Shown here piece by piece: positions 51,882-60,832 of a stretch of DNA of 64,000 bases (position 1 is its first letter; every line of letters begins with the position of its first letter). The stretch is from Bacteroidaceae bacterium. GTDB lineage: Bacteria > Bacteroidota > Bacteroidia > Bacteroidales > Bacteroidaceae. The notes below the pieces were generated by a model, which had not been told where the DNA came from, made no database searches, and saw nothing but the letters and a program-made list of their open reading frames with translations. Location of the stretch: NCBI GenBank assembly GCA_017940565.1, contig JAGAYH010000021.1:8363-72362 (forward strand), read 5' to 3'. The position numbers and the translations under genes were made by a program.

Positions 51882-51980
51882 GTCCGACCAAAGATTGCCC
51901 TGTTACTACATAACAAGGAGAGAGTACGCCTATTTAGGCGTATCCACTTCCTCAGAGTCAGTAACATAGTTTGGTCGGAC
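51882..51980. other. 99-nt nested inverted repeat (candidate structured RNA or palindromic element)
   Basis: The outer stem is GTCCGACCAAA (51882-51892) with TTTGGTCGGAC (51970-51980). The middle stem is TGTTACT (51901-51907) with AGTAACA (51960-51966). The inner stem is TACGCCTA (51925-51932) with TAGGCGTA (51935-51942). Confidence 0.6.
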
Positions 51981-52276
51981 TATTTCAGCACATCACTCCT
52001 TGGATTAGATACGTAATCTATTGTCCATCAAAATCGCACCCTTTCGGATACGACAACAAAGTTAACACTATTTTTCGACATATCCTCACGCAAAAGCCAT
52101 GAAAATTCTCTCCCCACTTGCAGAAAAGAAATAGGAACAAGTTTGCGACAAATAAACAGGCGCATCTCGGACTTAAAGCAAATGATAACGGATATAATAA
52201 AAAGTATGTTTCACATACGTAAAACACCTAGTCAACGAAAAGGGAAAAGATTGTAGTTTGTTGATATGAGTTGCAT

Positions 52277-53113
52277 TCAAGGGCGGCATTCCGCGTCGAT
52301 GGCGTTTGTCAGGTCCACGAAGTCTTGCACACTGAGGCGTTCAGGGCGTTGGGTGAGCACTGTACCGCCGAAAAAGCCGGCGTGACGTTCGGGAGAAGCG
52401 GAGATGCCGCGCTCGGTGTCAAGGGCCGTCAGCAGGGGTTTCAGACTGCCGCGCATCATCTTGCGGCGCTGGTTGAAGGCTGTCTTCACTACACGGCGGA
52501 ACAGGGTTTCATCGCAGCCCAATGCGGTCACCGCGTTGCGCGTGAAGCGGACGACGGCGCTGTCTACCTTAGGCGGGGGATTGAATACCGAAGGCGGCAC
52601 GGTGAACAGGTATTCTGTGTCATACCACGCCTGGAGCAGCACGCTCAGGATGCCGTAATGCTTCGTGCCAGGCCCGCTGCAGAGACGCTCAGCCACCTCT
52701 TTCTGTATCATACCCGTGCAACAGGGGATGCGGTCGCGGTTGTCTATGAGTTTGAAGAAAATCTGGCTGCTGATATTGTAGGGATAGTTGCCTGTCAAGA
52801 CAAACGGCCGGCCGCCGAAAAGGCGTGTCAGGTCCATTTTGAGGAAGTCGCCCTCCACGATGTGGTCGCGCAGCATGGGGAAATGGGCATTGAGGTATCC
52901 GATGCTCTCCGTATCGAGTTCTACCACCTCCAAAGGTCGGCGCTTGCCCAAGAGGTGCTCTGTCAGAGCCCCCGTGCCGGGGCCAATCTCGAGCACGGGG
53001 ATGTCGGGGCACGTGTCAATCGTGTCGGCAATGCGCATGGCCGTAGCGACGTCGGTCAGAAAATGCTGGCCAAGGCTTTTTTTGGCCCGTACATTCATAT
53101 ATTTATAATTCAT
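52277..53113 (-). CDS. rsmA: 16S rRNA (adenine1518/1519-N6)-dimethyltransferase
   Basis: KKSLGQHFLTD and VLEIGPGTGALT motifs. An alternative start is the ATG at 53098. Confidence 0.85.
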   Translation of the reverse strand: MNYKYMNVRAKKSLGQHFLTDVATAMRIADTIDTCPDIPVLEIGPGTGALTEHLLGKRRPLEVVELDTESIGYLNAHFPMLRDHIVEGDFLKMDLTRLFGGRPFVLTGNYPYNISSQIFFKLIDNRDRIPCCTGMIQKEVAERLCSGPGTKHYGILSVLLQAWYDTEYLFTVPPSVFNPPPKVDSAVVRFTRNAVTALGCDETLFRRVVKTAFNQRRKMMRGSLKPLLTALDTERGISASPERHAGFFGGTVLTQRPERLSVQDFVDLTNAIDAECRP

Positions 53114-53157
53114 TGCAAATTCTCAACGCTCAGTTCTCAATTATCAATTAAAATATG

Positions 53158-53165
53158 TATCTTTG
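53158..53165 (+). promoter_or_regulatory. -7 box TATCTTTG
   Basis: Exact TAnnTTTG match upstream of the membrane-protein gene. Confidence 0.45.
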
Positions 53166-53206
53166 CTGACTACAAAAGTACGGAAAAGTTTTTGGCAAAC
53201 GAAGTT

Positions 53207-54205
53207 TTGAAACATATAATTCAGAAAACGCTTAAAATCATCTTCCCCTTCGTGCTGGGCGGAGGCATCCTGTATTGGATGTACAGGGACATGGACTTCA
53301 ACGAAATCCGTGATGTAATGCTCCACCAGATGCGATGGGAATGGATGATTCTGTCATTCGTTCCGGGAGTATTGGCCCAAGTGTTCCGTGCTCTGCGCTG
53401 GCGGCAGTCACTCGAGCCATTGGGCGAACGACCCCGCGTGAGCAGTTGCATACACGCCATTTTCCTGTCGTACGCATCGAGCCTGGTCGTTCCACGTTCG
53501 GGCGAATTTCTGCGGTGCGGCGTGTTGACGCGCGAAGACGGCACCCCCTTCTCCAAGGCTCTGGGAACAGTGGTTACCGAGCGCGCCGTTGACATAGTGA
53601 TGATGCTCCTGCTGTTCCTCGTGGTCTTCATGCTGCAAATTCCCGTGTTCAAAGAATTCTTCAGCACCACGGGAGTCAGTTTCCAAAGCGTCATGGCGCG
53701 CTACACAAGCACCGGCATCTTCGTCACGTTGCTCTGCGGCGTGTGCGCACTTGTCCTGATGGCCGTCTTGTGGCACCGCCTGGCTTTTTCCCACAAGGTG
53801 CGCGACGTGATGCACGGCCTGGCCGAAGGATTGCTCTCCATAAAGAAGATTAGAAACATACCTTTATATATTATATACTCCGTGGGCATCTGGGTAGCCT
53901 ACTTCTTCCATTACTACCTCACGTTCTTCTGCTTCAACTTCACGGAAAACCTCGGCATGATGGCCGCGCTCGTCTCTTTCTGCGTAGGCACGGTGGCCGT
54001 CATCGTACCAACACCCAACGGAGCCGGCCCCTGGCATTTCGCAGTGAAGACTATTCTGACCAAATCATACGGACTGGCCGAAACGAGCGCCAACATCTTT
54101 GCGCTCATCGTGCACACCGTCCAGACATTGTTGCTTGTAGTGCTCGGCATGTACAGCATGCTTGCACTTATGTGGCACAAAAGAAACAAGAGAAAAGACT
54201 TCTGA
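53207..54205 (+). CDS. lysylphosphatidylglycerol-synthase-TM-region / flippase-like membrane protein (start uncertain)
   Basis: Multi-TM protein with the segment FRALRWRQSLEPLG. The upstream part of the 644-aa ORF is antisense to rsmA. There is no in-frame ATG before the first TM helix. In-frame TTG codons lie at 53192 and 53207, downstream of the -7 box. Confidence 0.55.
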   Translation: MKHIIQKTLKIIFPFVLGGGILYWMYRDMDFNEIRDVMLHQMRWEWMILSFVPGVLAQVFRALRWRQSLEPLGERPRVSSCIHAIFLSYASSLVVPRSGEFLRCGVLTREDGTPFSKALGTVVTERAVDIVMMLLLFLVVFMLQIPVFKEFFSTTGVSFQSVMARYTSTGIFVTLLCGVCALVLMAVLWHRLAFSHKVRDVMHGLAEGLLSIKKIRNIPLYIIYSVGIWVAYFFHYYLTFFCFNFTENLGMMAALVSFCVGTVAVIVPTPNGAGPWHFAVKTILTKSYGLAETSANIFALIVHTVQTLLLVVLGMYSMLALMWHKRNKRKDF

Positions 54206-54225
54206 AACAATAAAACTTATAAATT

Positions 54226-55686
54226 ATGGCAAACATTCAAGACTTACAACCGCAGGGCATTTGGAAGAGTTTCTATGCCCTGACACGCGTGCCCAGACCT
54301 TCGGGCCATTTGGAGAAAATCCAGCAGTTCCTGCTCGACTGGGCAAAAGAGCGCCATATCGAAGCGTTCAAGGACAATGCAGGCAACATTGTGATGACCA
54401 AACCGGCCACTCCGGGCTACGAAAACCGCGCCATCGTGACGATGGAAGCCCACATGGACATGGTTCCGCAGAAGACAGCCGAGAGCACCCACAACTTCGA
54501 GACCGACCCTATCGAGACTTACATCGACGGCGACTGGCTTAAAGCCAAGGGAACCACACTCGGCTCCGACGACGGCATAGGTGTGGCCACGGCAATGGCC
54601 GTTTTCGAAGACAACAGTTTGGAACACGGCCCGCTGGAAGCCATCTTCACCGTCGATGAAGAGACATGCATGTACGGAGTAAACAATCTGAAGCCCGAAA
54701 CTCTGAAAGGACGCATCCTCTTGAACCTCGACAACGAGACCGAAGGCGAGATAATCATCGGCAGCGCCGGCGGCGAAGACGTGGCAGCCGAGTTGGAATA
54801 TCAGGAAGAGGACACCGACAGCGGCGACGTGGCTCTGAAAATTACGCTGAAAGGATTGAAGGGCGGCCACTCCGGACTTGAAATCAACGAAGGCCGCGCC
54901 AACGCCAACAAACTCATGGCCCGCGTGCTGACCGATGCAGTTGAGGCCTTCGACGCCCAACTGGTGTGCTGGGTAGGCGGCAATATGCGCAACGCTATCC
55001 CAAGCAGCAGCACCGCAGTCGTAACTGTGGCCCCGGATGACAAGGATGCCCTCATCGAAAGCGTGGCCGATTGGGCCGATGTCTTCAAGACGGAGTACAA
55101 GGCCACGGAAGATGCACTGCAAATGGTGGCTGAGCCGGTGGAACTCCCAGCCAAGCAAGTGCCGGAAGAAATTAGAGACAACCTTATCAACGCCGTCATG
55201 GCCTGTCCCGCAGGTGTGAACCGCATGATTCCGGAATCACCTGAAATAGTCGAGACTTCGTGCAACCTCGGCATAGTAAACATCGAGAAAGGCAAAGCCG
55301 AAACGGACGTTCTCGTACGCAGTTCCTGCGAAACCCAACTCGACGCGCTCGAAGGCAGCATCAAGGCCGTCTTTTCCATGGCTGGCATGGCAGTCAAGTT
55401 TGTAGGCCGCTACGGTTCATGGCAGCCGGACTTCGACTCCCCTATTGTGAAAATCATCAAGGACGTTTACCGCAACCTTAACGGCGAGGACTGTCGCGTC
55501 CAGGTGGTTCACGCCGGACTGGAATGCAGCATCATCAAGGGCGTGTACCCTGACATGGACCCCGTAAGCTTTGGTCCTACGCTCAGGTCGCCCCACACGC
55601 CTAACGAGCGGTGCTACATACCCAGTGTGGCAAAGTACTGGGACTTTGTCGTGGAGTTGCTGAAACATATCCCCGACAAAAAATAA
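54226..55686 (+). CDS. pepD: aminoacyl-histidine dipeptidase (M20C)
   Basis: 486 aa with the motifs HMDMV, LGSDDGIGVA, NLDNETEGEIIIGSAGG and HAGLECS. Confidence 0.85.
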   Translation: MANIQDLQPQGIWKSFYALTRVPRPSGHLEKIQQFLLDWAKERHIEAFKDNAGNIVMTKPATPGYENRAIVTMEAHMDMVPQKTAESTHNFETDPIETYIDGDWLKAKGTTLGSDDGIGVATAMAVFEDNSLEHGPLEAIFTVDEETCMYGVNNLKPETLKGRILLNLDNETEGEIIIGSAGGEDVAAELEYQEEDTDSGDVALKITLKGLKGGHSGLEINEGRANANKLMARVLTDAVEAFDAQLVCWVGGNMRNAIPSSSTAVVTVAPDDKDALIESVADWADVFKTEYKATEDALQMVAEPVELPAKQVPEEIRDNLINAVMACPAGVNRMIPESPEIVETSCNLGIVNIEKGKAETDVLVRSSCETQLDALEGSIKAVFSMAGMAVKFVGRYGSWQPDFDSPIVKIIKDVYRNLNGEDCRVQVVHAGLECSIIKGVYPDMDPVSFGPTLRSPHTPNERCYIPSVAKYWDFVVELLKHIPDKK

Positions 55687-55706
55687 TCTATACCGCATAT
55701 AATCTG

Positions 55707-55739
55707 AACCGGCTCAAACCTGTTGGGCCGGTTTTTTTG
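55707..55739 (+). terminator. rho-independent terminator after pepD
   Basis: AACCGGC (55707-55713) pairs with GCCGGTT (55727-55733), running into a T7 tract. Confidence 0.6.
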
Positions 55740-55802
55740 TTGCGTTCAGAAAAAAAGCAGAAAAAAGTCAGGGAAAAAGTTGGTGGGAATTGCAGAACAT
55801 TG

Positions 55803-55810
55803 TACCTTTG
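55803..55810 (+). promoter_or_regulatory. -7 box TACCTTTG for tRNA-Gln
   Basis: Exact TAnnTTTG match 22 nt upstream of the tRNA 5' end. Confidence 0.5.
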
Positions 55811-55832
55811 CACCCGAAAAGTAAATCCCGAT

Positions 55833-55903
55833 TGGGGTATGGTGTAATGGTAACACTGCAGATTCTGGTCCTGCCTTTCCTGGTTCGAGTCCGGGTACCC
55901 CAA
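55833..55903 (+). tRNA. tRNA-Gln (CTG)
   Basis: Manual fold: acceptor TGGGGTA/TACCCCA (U1-A72), anticodon loop TTCTGGT, T-loop TTCGAGT, no encoded CCA. Confidence 0.8.
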
Positions 55904-55910
55904 CACCGCA

Positions 55911-55956
55911 AGCCGCTAAGTTTCTAAAAGAGTTGGAACTTAGCGGCTCTTATTTT
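55911..55956 (+). terminator. terminator after tRNA-Gln
   Basis: A 12-bp stem, AGCCGCTAAGTT (55911-55922) with AACTTAGCGGCT (55937-55948), followed by CTTATTTT. Confidence 0.6.
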
Positions 55957-56074
55957 GCCCGGACCACGTCCCGGGACAAAGGTCCGGCCTTGACTACACG
56001 AGACGGCGCCCCGAATGTTCGAGACGCCGTCTTGACTTTTTAACCTAAAAATATCCGGTACCGAAATGGCACAA

Positions 56075-58693
56075 TTACAGATTGGCCAAGTCAACGACCT
56101 TTTCGATGGCGGCATTGAGGCCATCGGGGTTCTTGCCTCCTGCCGTGGCAAAATGAGGTGCACCGCCGCCACCGCCCTGAATGAGTTTGGCGGCTTCACG
56201 AACCATCTGTCCGGCGTTGAGACCGTGGTCGGTCACGAGATCTTTCGTCAGCATGACGGTAAGCATGGGTTTGCCTTCGCTGACACTGCCAATGACAACA
56301 AGCAGGCTCTCTTGGGCGTCATTAGCCATTTTGAAGGCCATGTCCTTAACGACATCGGCCGGCATTTCTGTGTTTGCCGTAACAACTTTTACGCCATTGA
56401 TCACTTTAGCACTCTCAAGAACCTTACCGATGAGCATGTCGGCCTTTTCCTTCATGTAGTTTTCCACCTGTTTCTTGAGCTCGGCATTGTCTTCAAGGGC
56501 TTTGTTAACGGCTGCAGGCAAGTCTTTGGCATTATTCATGAGTTCTTTCAGCGCCGCAAGCGAATCTTGCATCACATAAACCGTCTCTTCAGCCATCTGA
56601 CCGGTAACTGCTTCGATACGGCGTACACCTGCGGCAACACTGCTCTCGGAAATGATGCGGAAAAGACCGATGCGGCCGGTGCTACGCGCATGACAGCCGC
56701 CGCAGAGCTCGACACTTTCACCGAAACGGACCACACGGACGCGGTCACCATACTTTTCGCCGAAAAGAGCTATGGCTCCCATCTGACGGGCTTCGTCGAT
56801 GGGCATGTCACGATGTTCATCCAACGGCAAATCCTCACGAATGCGTGCATTGACAAGGCGCTCGACCTGACGGAGTTCTTCTGCCGTGGTCTTTTGAAAG
56901 TGAGAAAAGTCAAAACGCAGGTAATCGGGTGTGACAAGCGAGCCTTTCTGCTCCACATGAGTGCCAAGCACCTGGCGCAAAGCCTGGTCGAGCAAGTGGG
57001 TAGCCGTATGGTTGGCTTCACTGCCGCGACGCTTCTCAAGATCTACACGGGCTACAAACTCAGCTTCGGGATGTTCCGGTAGTTCGTTGCAGATATGAAT
57101 AGCAAGATTGTTCTCACTTTTGGTATCAATAATCTTAATGGTCTCGTTGGCGCTCTGAAGCACGCCACAGTCGCCCACCTGTCCACCCTTCTCGGCGTAG
57201 AACGGACTGACATCAAGTACCAGTTCATAGAAGGCCTTCTTCTTTTGCTCCACACGGCGGTAGCGCAGAATGTGAGTGGTAGATTCAGTCTGGTCCCAAC
57301 CGACAAACTTTGTCTCACCTTCGCGCAAAGTCTGCCAGTCACCGGCCGTAACTTGAGCAGCATTGCGTGCACGCTCTTTCTGCTTCTGCATTTCTTGATT
57401 AAACACGGCCAAATCGACACTCAAACCGTGCTCGGCACAAATCAGCTCAGTCAAATCGAGCGGGAAACCGAATGTGTCGAAAAGCGTGAACGCCTGACGT
57501 CCGTCTATGACGGTCTGCCCTTTGTCTTTCGCTTCTGCCATGACACCTTCAAGCAGGTTGATACCAGTAGCAAGCGTGCGGAGGAAAGCTTCCTCCTCTT
57601 CTTTCATCACTTTTGCAATCAAAACCTTTTGAGCCTCAAGCTCCGGATAGGCTTCACCCATTTCGGCAATAAGTATCGGAAGGAGTTTATACATGAAAGC
57701 CTCTTGGAATCCAAGGAACGTGTATCCATAACGCACAGCACGGCGTAAGATGCGACGTATGACATAACCAGCCTTGGCGTTGCCGGGCAACTGGCCATCT
57801 GCAATGGAGAAAGCAATGGCTCTTACGTGGTCTGCTATGACGCGCATGGCCACATCGGTGGGCTCACTTTGGCCATACGCTTTACCAGACAGGCGTTCAA
57901 TTTCGTGAATTAGCGGTTGGAATACATCAGTATCGTAATTGGAGTGCTTACCTTGGAGGGCGCGAACCAGACGTTCGAAGCCCATACCGGTATCTATGAC
58001 CTGCATGCCCAGTTTTTCGAGAGAGCCGTCGGCTTTTCGGTTAAACTGCATGAATACTATGTTCCAAATTTCTATGACTTGGGGGTCGTCTTTATTTACT
58101 AAGTCGCGCCCGGGTACTTTTGCCTTTTCTTCAGGTGTACGACTGTCGAGATGTATTTCGGAACAGGGACCGCAGGGACCGGTATCGCCCATTTCCCAAA
58201 AGTTATCGTGTTTATTACCATTTATTATATGGTCAGCAGGTACATGTTTGGCCCAATAGGAAGCCGCTTCGTCGTCACGACCTAAATTTTCTTCGGGCGA
58301 ACCTTCGAAAACGGTTACATACAGGTCGGCTGGATTCAGTTTCAATATGTCTACAAGATATTCCCATGCCATATCTATGGCGCCTTCTTTGAAGTAGTCG
58401 CCGAACGACCAGTTACCTAGCATTTCGAACATGGTATGATGGTAGGTGTCATGCCCTACTTCTTCCAGGTCGTTGTGTTTGCCGCTGACGCGAAGACATT
58501 TCTGGCTATCGGCACGTCGGCGTGGCTCGGGAGCACGTGTCCCGAGAATGATGTCTTTCCACTGGTTCATGCCGGCGTTGGTAAACATAAGCGTCGGGTC
58601 GTCCTTGATAACCATCGGAGCAGACGGGACAATCACATGATTCTTGCTCTCAAAGTACTTTTTGAATGACTCACGTATTTCTTTTGCTGTCAT
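56075..58693 (-). CDS. alaS: alanine--tRNA ligase
   Basis: 872 aa. It has the N-terminal [10 protein letters not shown], an editing-domain HxxxH...CGGxH motif (HTATHLL...CGGCHA), and a C-terminal DHHA1-like [13 protein letters not shown]. Confidence 0.9.
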   Translation of the reverse strand: MTAKEIRESFKKYFESKNHVIVPSAPMVIKDDPTLMFTNAGMNQWKDIILGTRAPEPRRRADSQKCLRVSGKHNDLEEVGHDTYHHTMFEMLGNWSFGDYFKEGAIDMAWEYLVDILKLNPADLYVTVFEGSPEENLGRDDEAASYWAKHVPADHIINGNKHDNFWEMGDTGPCGPCSEIHLDSRTPEEKAKVPGRDLVNKDDPQVIEIWNIVFMQFNRKADGSLEKLGMQVIDTGMGFERLVRALQGKHSNYDTDVFQPLIHEIERLSGKAYGQSEPTDVAMRVIADHVRAIAFSIADGQLPGNAKAGYVIRRILRRAVRYGYTFLGFQEAFMYKLLPILIAEMGEAYPELEAQKVLIAKVMKEEEEAFLRTLATGINLLEGVMAEAKDKGQTVIDGRQAFTLFDTFGFPLDLTELICAEHGLSVDLAVFNQEMQKQKERARNAAQVTAGDWQTLREGETKFVGWDQTESTTHILRYRRVEQKKKAFYELVLDVSPFYAEKGGQVGDCGVLQSANETIKIIDTKSENNLAIHICNELPEHPEAEFVARVDLEKRRGSEANHTATHLLDQALRQVLGTHVEQKGSLVTPDYLRFDFSHFQKTTAEELRQVERLVNARIREDLPLDEHRDMPIDEARQMGAIALFGEKYGDRVRVVRFGESVELCGGCHARSTGRIGLFRIISESSVAAGVRRIEAVTGQMAEETVYVMQDSLAALKELMNNAKDLPAAVNKALEDNAELKKQVENYMKEKADMLIGKVLESAKVINGVKVVTANTEMPADVVKDMAFKMANDAQESLLVVIGSVSEGKPMLTVMLTKDLVTDHGLNAGQMVREAAKLIQGGGGGAPHFATAGGKNPDGLNAAIEKVVDLANL

Positions 58694-58812
58694 ATCGGTA
58701 TCTTTTTTAATGAAAAACGCTGCAAAGTTAAAGTTTTTTCCGTATATTTGCAGAACATTCCCGAAGGAATTGAAAGATACGAACTATTTTTATTGATATA
58801 TTTCATGAGTTC

Positions 58813-59178
58813 ATGGCACTGAACACAAACAAAAATTTGAAACAATACTTCTCCATCCATGAAGTGGCAGAACAGTTCGGCGTTGCCGAATCGCTGCTGC
58901 GATATTGGGAGCAGCAGTTTCCGCTGTTGAAGCCTCATAAAGCGGGACGCAACGTGCGGCAATACTCGAAAGAAGATATTGAGACCATCAAGGTTATCTA
59001 CAACCTGGTCAAGGTGCGCGGCATGAAGATTGCCGCTGCCCGCGAGATGCTCAAGAAAAACAAGAATGGCGAGCAAAGCACGGCTTCAGCCATAGAAAAA
59101 CTCAAGGAGATACGGCAACAGCTGGTTGAGTTGCGTTCTGCATTGAACACGCTTTATCCGGAAACCATGGAGGACTGA
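58813..59178 (+). CDS. MerR-family transcriptional regulator
   Basis: The N-terminal HTH is YFSIHEVAEQFGVAESLLRYWEQQF, followed by a coiled-coil tail. Confidence 0.75.
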   Translation: MALNTNKNLKQYFSIHEVAEQFGVAESLLRYWEQQFPLLKPHKAGRNVRQYSKEDIETIKVIYNLVKVRGMKIAAAREMLKKNKNGEQSTASAIEKLKEIRQQLVELRSALNTLYPETMED

Positions 59179-59239
59179 TTCTAACGGTTGTATCCCTGAA
59201 AAAGGACATCGCATCTGCTTTGCGGTGTCCTTTCTTCCG

Positions 59240-60685
59240 TTAGAAAAGCGGAGAAAATATGCGTACGAACGACTCAAGTATGCGCCGGCGCAGATTACGC
59301 CCGTTCCACATATCCAAATCTATCTTAATGCAGTCCTGACGTGCTTCAATGAACAGTTGCTTGACCCTTGTGGTCATGTCGGTGTCGTAGATGAAGGCAC
59401 TGTCCTCAAATGTCTGGCCCAGACTGCGGAAATCAAGGTTGGCCGAACCCACTGAACAGAAATCGTCGTCCACTATTATCGTCTTCGCGTGAAGCATGCC
59501 GGGCTTATAGGCAAAGATCTCGGCCCCGGCCTTAAGCACGTCGCCGTAATATGACTCGTTGGCCCACGTCATCCAGAACCCGCCAGGTTTCAGAGGCACC
59601 ATCACCTGCACCTTCACGCCGCTCAGGGCCGCCGTCTGCAAGGATTCGAGCACCGTTTCCGTAGGCATGAAATAGGGTGTCTGGATATAGATGTGCTTGC
59701 GCGCGTTTTGGATGACGCGGTTGAAGCCCATCATGATGGTAGGCCACTTTCCGAAAGGCGCTGTGCTGACTATTTGCACCAGTGCCCCAGGTGCGACGGC
59801 AGGCACTGCTTCCGGAAAATACTCTGCCGCGGATATCAGTTCCTTGACCGCATAATACCAGTCCGTAATAAAGAGTTGCTGAATGCCATATACCGTTGGA
59901 CCGGTGACACGCATGTGCATGTCGCGCCAAACACCGCCTTTCTCGCCGTAAACATAGCGGTCGGCCAGATTCATTCCGCCGATGTAGCCTATATGCCCGT
60001 CAATCACCGCCAGTTTGCGGTGGTTGCGGTAATTAACCCTGTGCGACAGCCGGCGGAAATGTACAGGACCGAAAGCAGCCACACGGATGCCCATCTCTTC
60101 CATGCGACGGAAGAAACGCTTCTTGACAGTCCAGCAACCGACGTCGTCATAGAGAAAACGCACCTGCACACCGCGCCCGGCAGCTTCGGCCAGGGCCCAG
60201 CTTACCCTGCGCCCCACGCCGTCATCTTCGACAATGTAAAATTCAAGATGGACATGGTGGCGCGCATGTCCGATATCGTCCACCAGAGCATCGACAAAGT
60301 CACGCCCGGCCGTATAGAAGTCTGCCGCATTGCCCGAAAAGGGCAACGCAATGGCGTTCATCTTGAAAAAACGAATGAGAGAAACGTATTTTTCGGGATA
60401 ATCGATAGTCGACTGGCGCACATACTGCATCATGGGCTTATGAGTCAGCTCGCCGAAACTCTTTTTGTTGAACCGACGTTCACGACGGATGTTCTGACCG
60501 AAGAAATAGTAGAACACCAATCCCACCACTGGCACCAGAAAAAGGAACAATATCCACGCAATCGTCTTCACAGGCTGACGATTGTCCAGCATCACCGCCA
60601 TGAAGGCGTTGATGACAAGGAAAATGTAGAGCAACAGCAGCAGAATGTTCAGATAAATCACGTCATTACATTTGTTTCGTTGCAA
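59240..60685 (-). CDS. cls: cardiolipin synthase
   Basis: Two N-terminal TM helices and two HKD motifs (HRKLAVIDG and LHAKTIIVDD). Confidence 0.85.
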   Translation of the reverse strand: MQRNKCNDVIYLNILLLLLYIFLVINAFMAVMLDNRQPVKTIAWILFLFLVPVVGLVFYYFFGQNIRRERRFNKKSFGELTHKPMMQYVRQSTIDYPEKYVSLIRFFKMNAIALPFSGNAADFYTAGRDFVDALVDDIGHARHHVHLEFYIVEDDGVGRRVSWALAEAAGRGVQVRFLYDDVGCWTVKKRFFRRMEEMGIRVAAFGPVHFRRLSHRVNYRNHRKLAVIDGHIGYIGGMNLADRYVYGEKGGVWRDMHMRVTGPTVYGIQQLFITDWYYAVKELISAAEYFPEAVPAVAPGALVQIVSTAPFGKWPTIMMGFNRVIQNARKHIYIQTPYFMPTETVLESLQTAALSGVKVQVMVPLKPGGFWMTWANESYYGDVLKAGAEIFAYKPGMLHAKTIIVDDDFCSVGSANLDFRSLGQTFEDSAFIYDTDMTTRVKQLFIEARQDCIKIDLDMWNGRNLRRRILESFVRIFSPLF

Positions 60686-60832
60686 ATATAGCCAAACTTC
60701 TGCACATAATCACCCTTTTGGCAGAGTTTTTCCATGTCATGGCCACATAAAAAAACGACAGTGGCGTCTCACGACGGCACTGCCAAACAAACACTTATGA
60801 TATGAATAAATTTTCTGAGCAATAGGGTGGAC

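Noticed and set aside
52018-52227. 69-aa minus-strand ORF in the rsmA-acyltransferase gap
   Set aside because: It has a Cys/Phe/Leu-rich low-complexity composition, no recognisable start context and no motifs.
52271-53143. N-terminal 290 aa of the 644-aa plus-strand ORF
   Set aside because: It is antisense to rsmA. Only the part downstream of the -7 box at 53158 encodes a plausible membrane protein.
54244-55158. 304-aa minus-strand ORF
   Set aside because: It is antisense to pepD, which has M20 dipeptidase motifs.
55950-56040. Second hairpin (AGACGGCG/CGCCGTCT plus T5) as an alaS terminator
   Set aside because: The T-tract is on the plus strand, which is the wrong side for the minus-strand alaS gene. 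It may be a redundant terminator for the tRNA-Gln unit, and it was left uncalled.
56066-57082. 338-aa plus-strand ORF (also 57095-57748)
   Set aside because: It is antisense to alaS.
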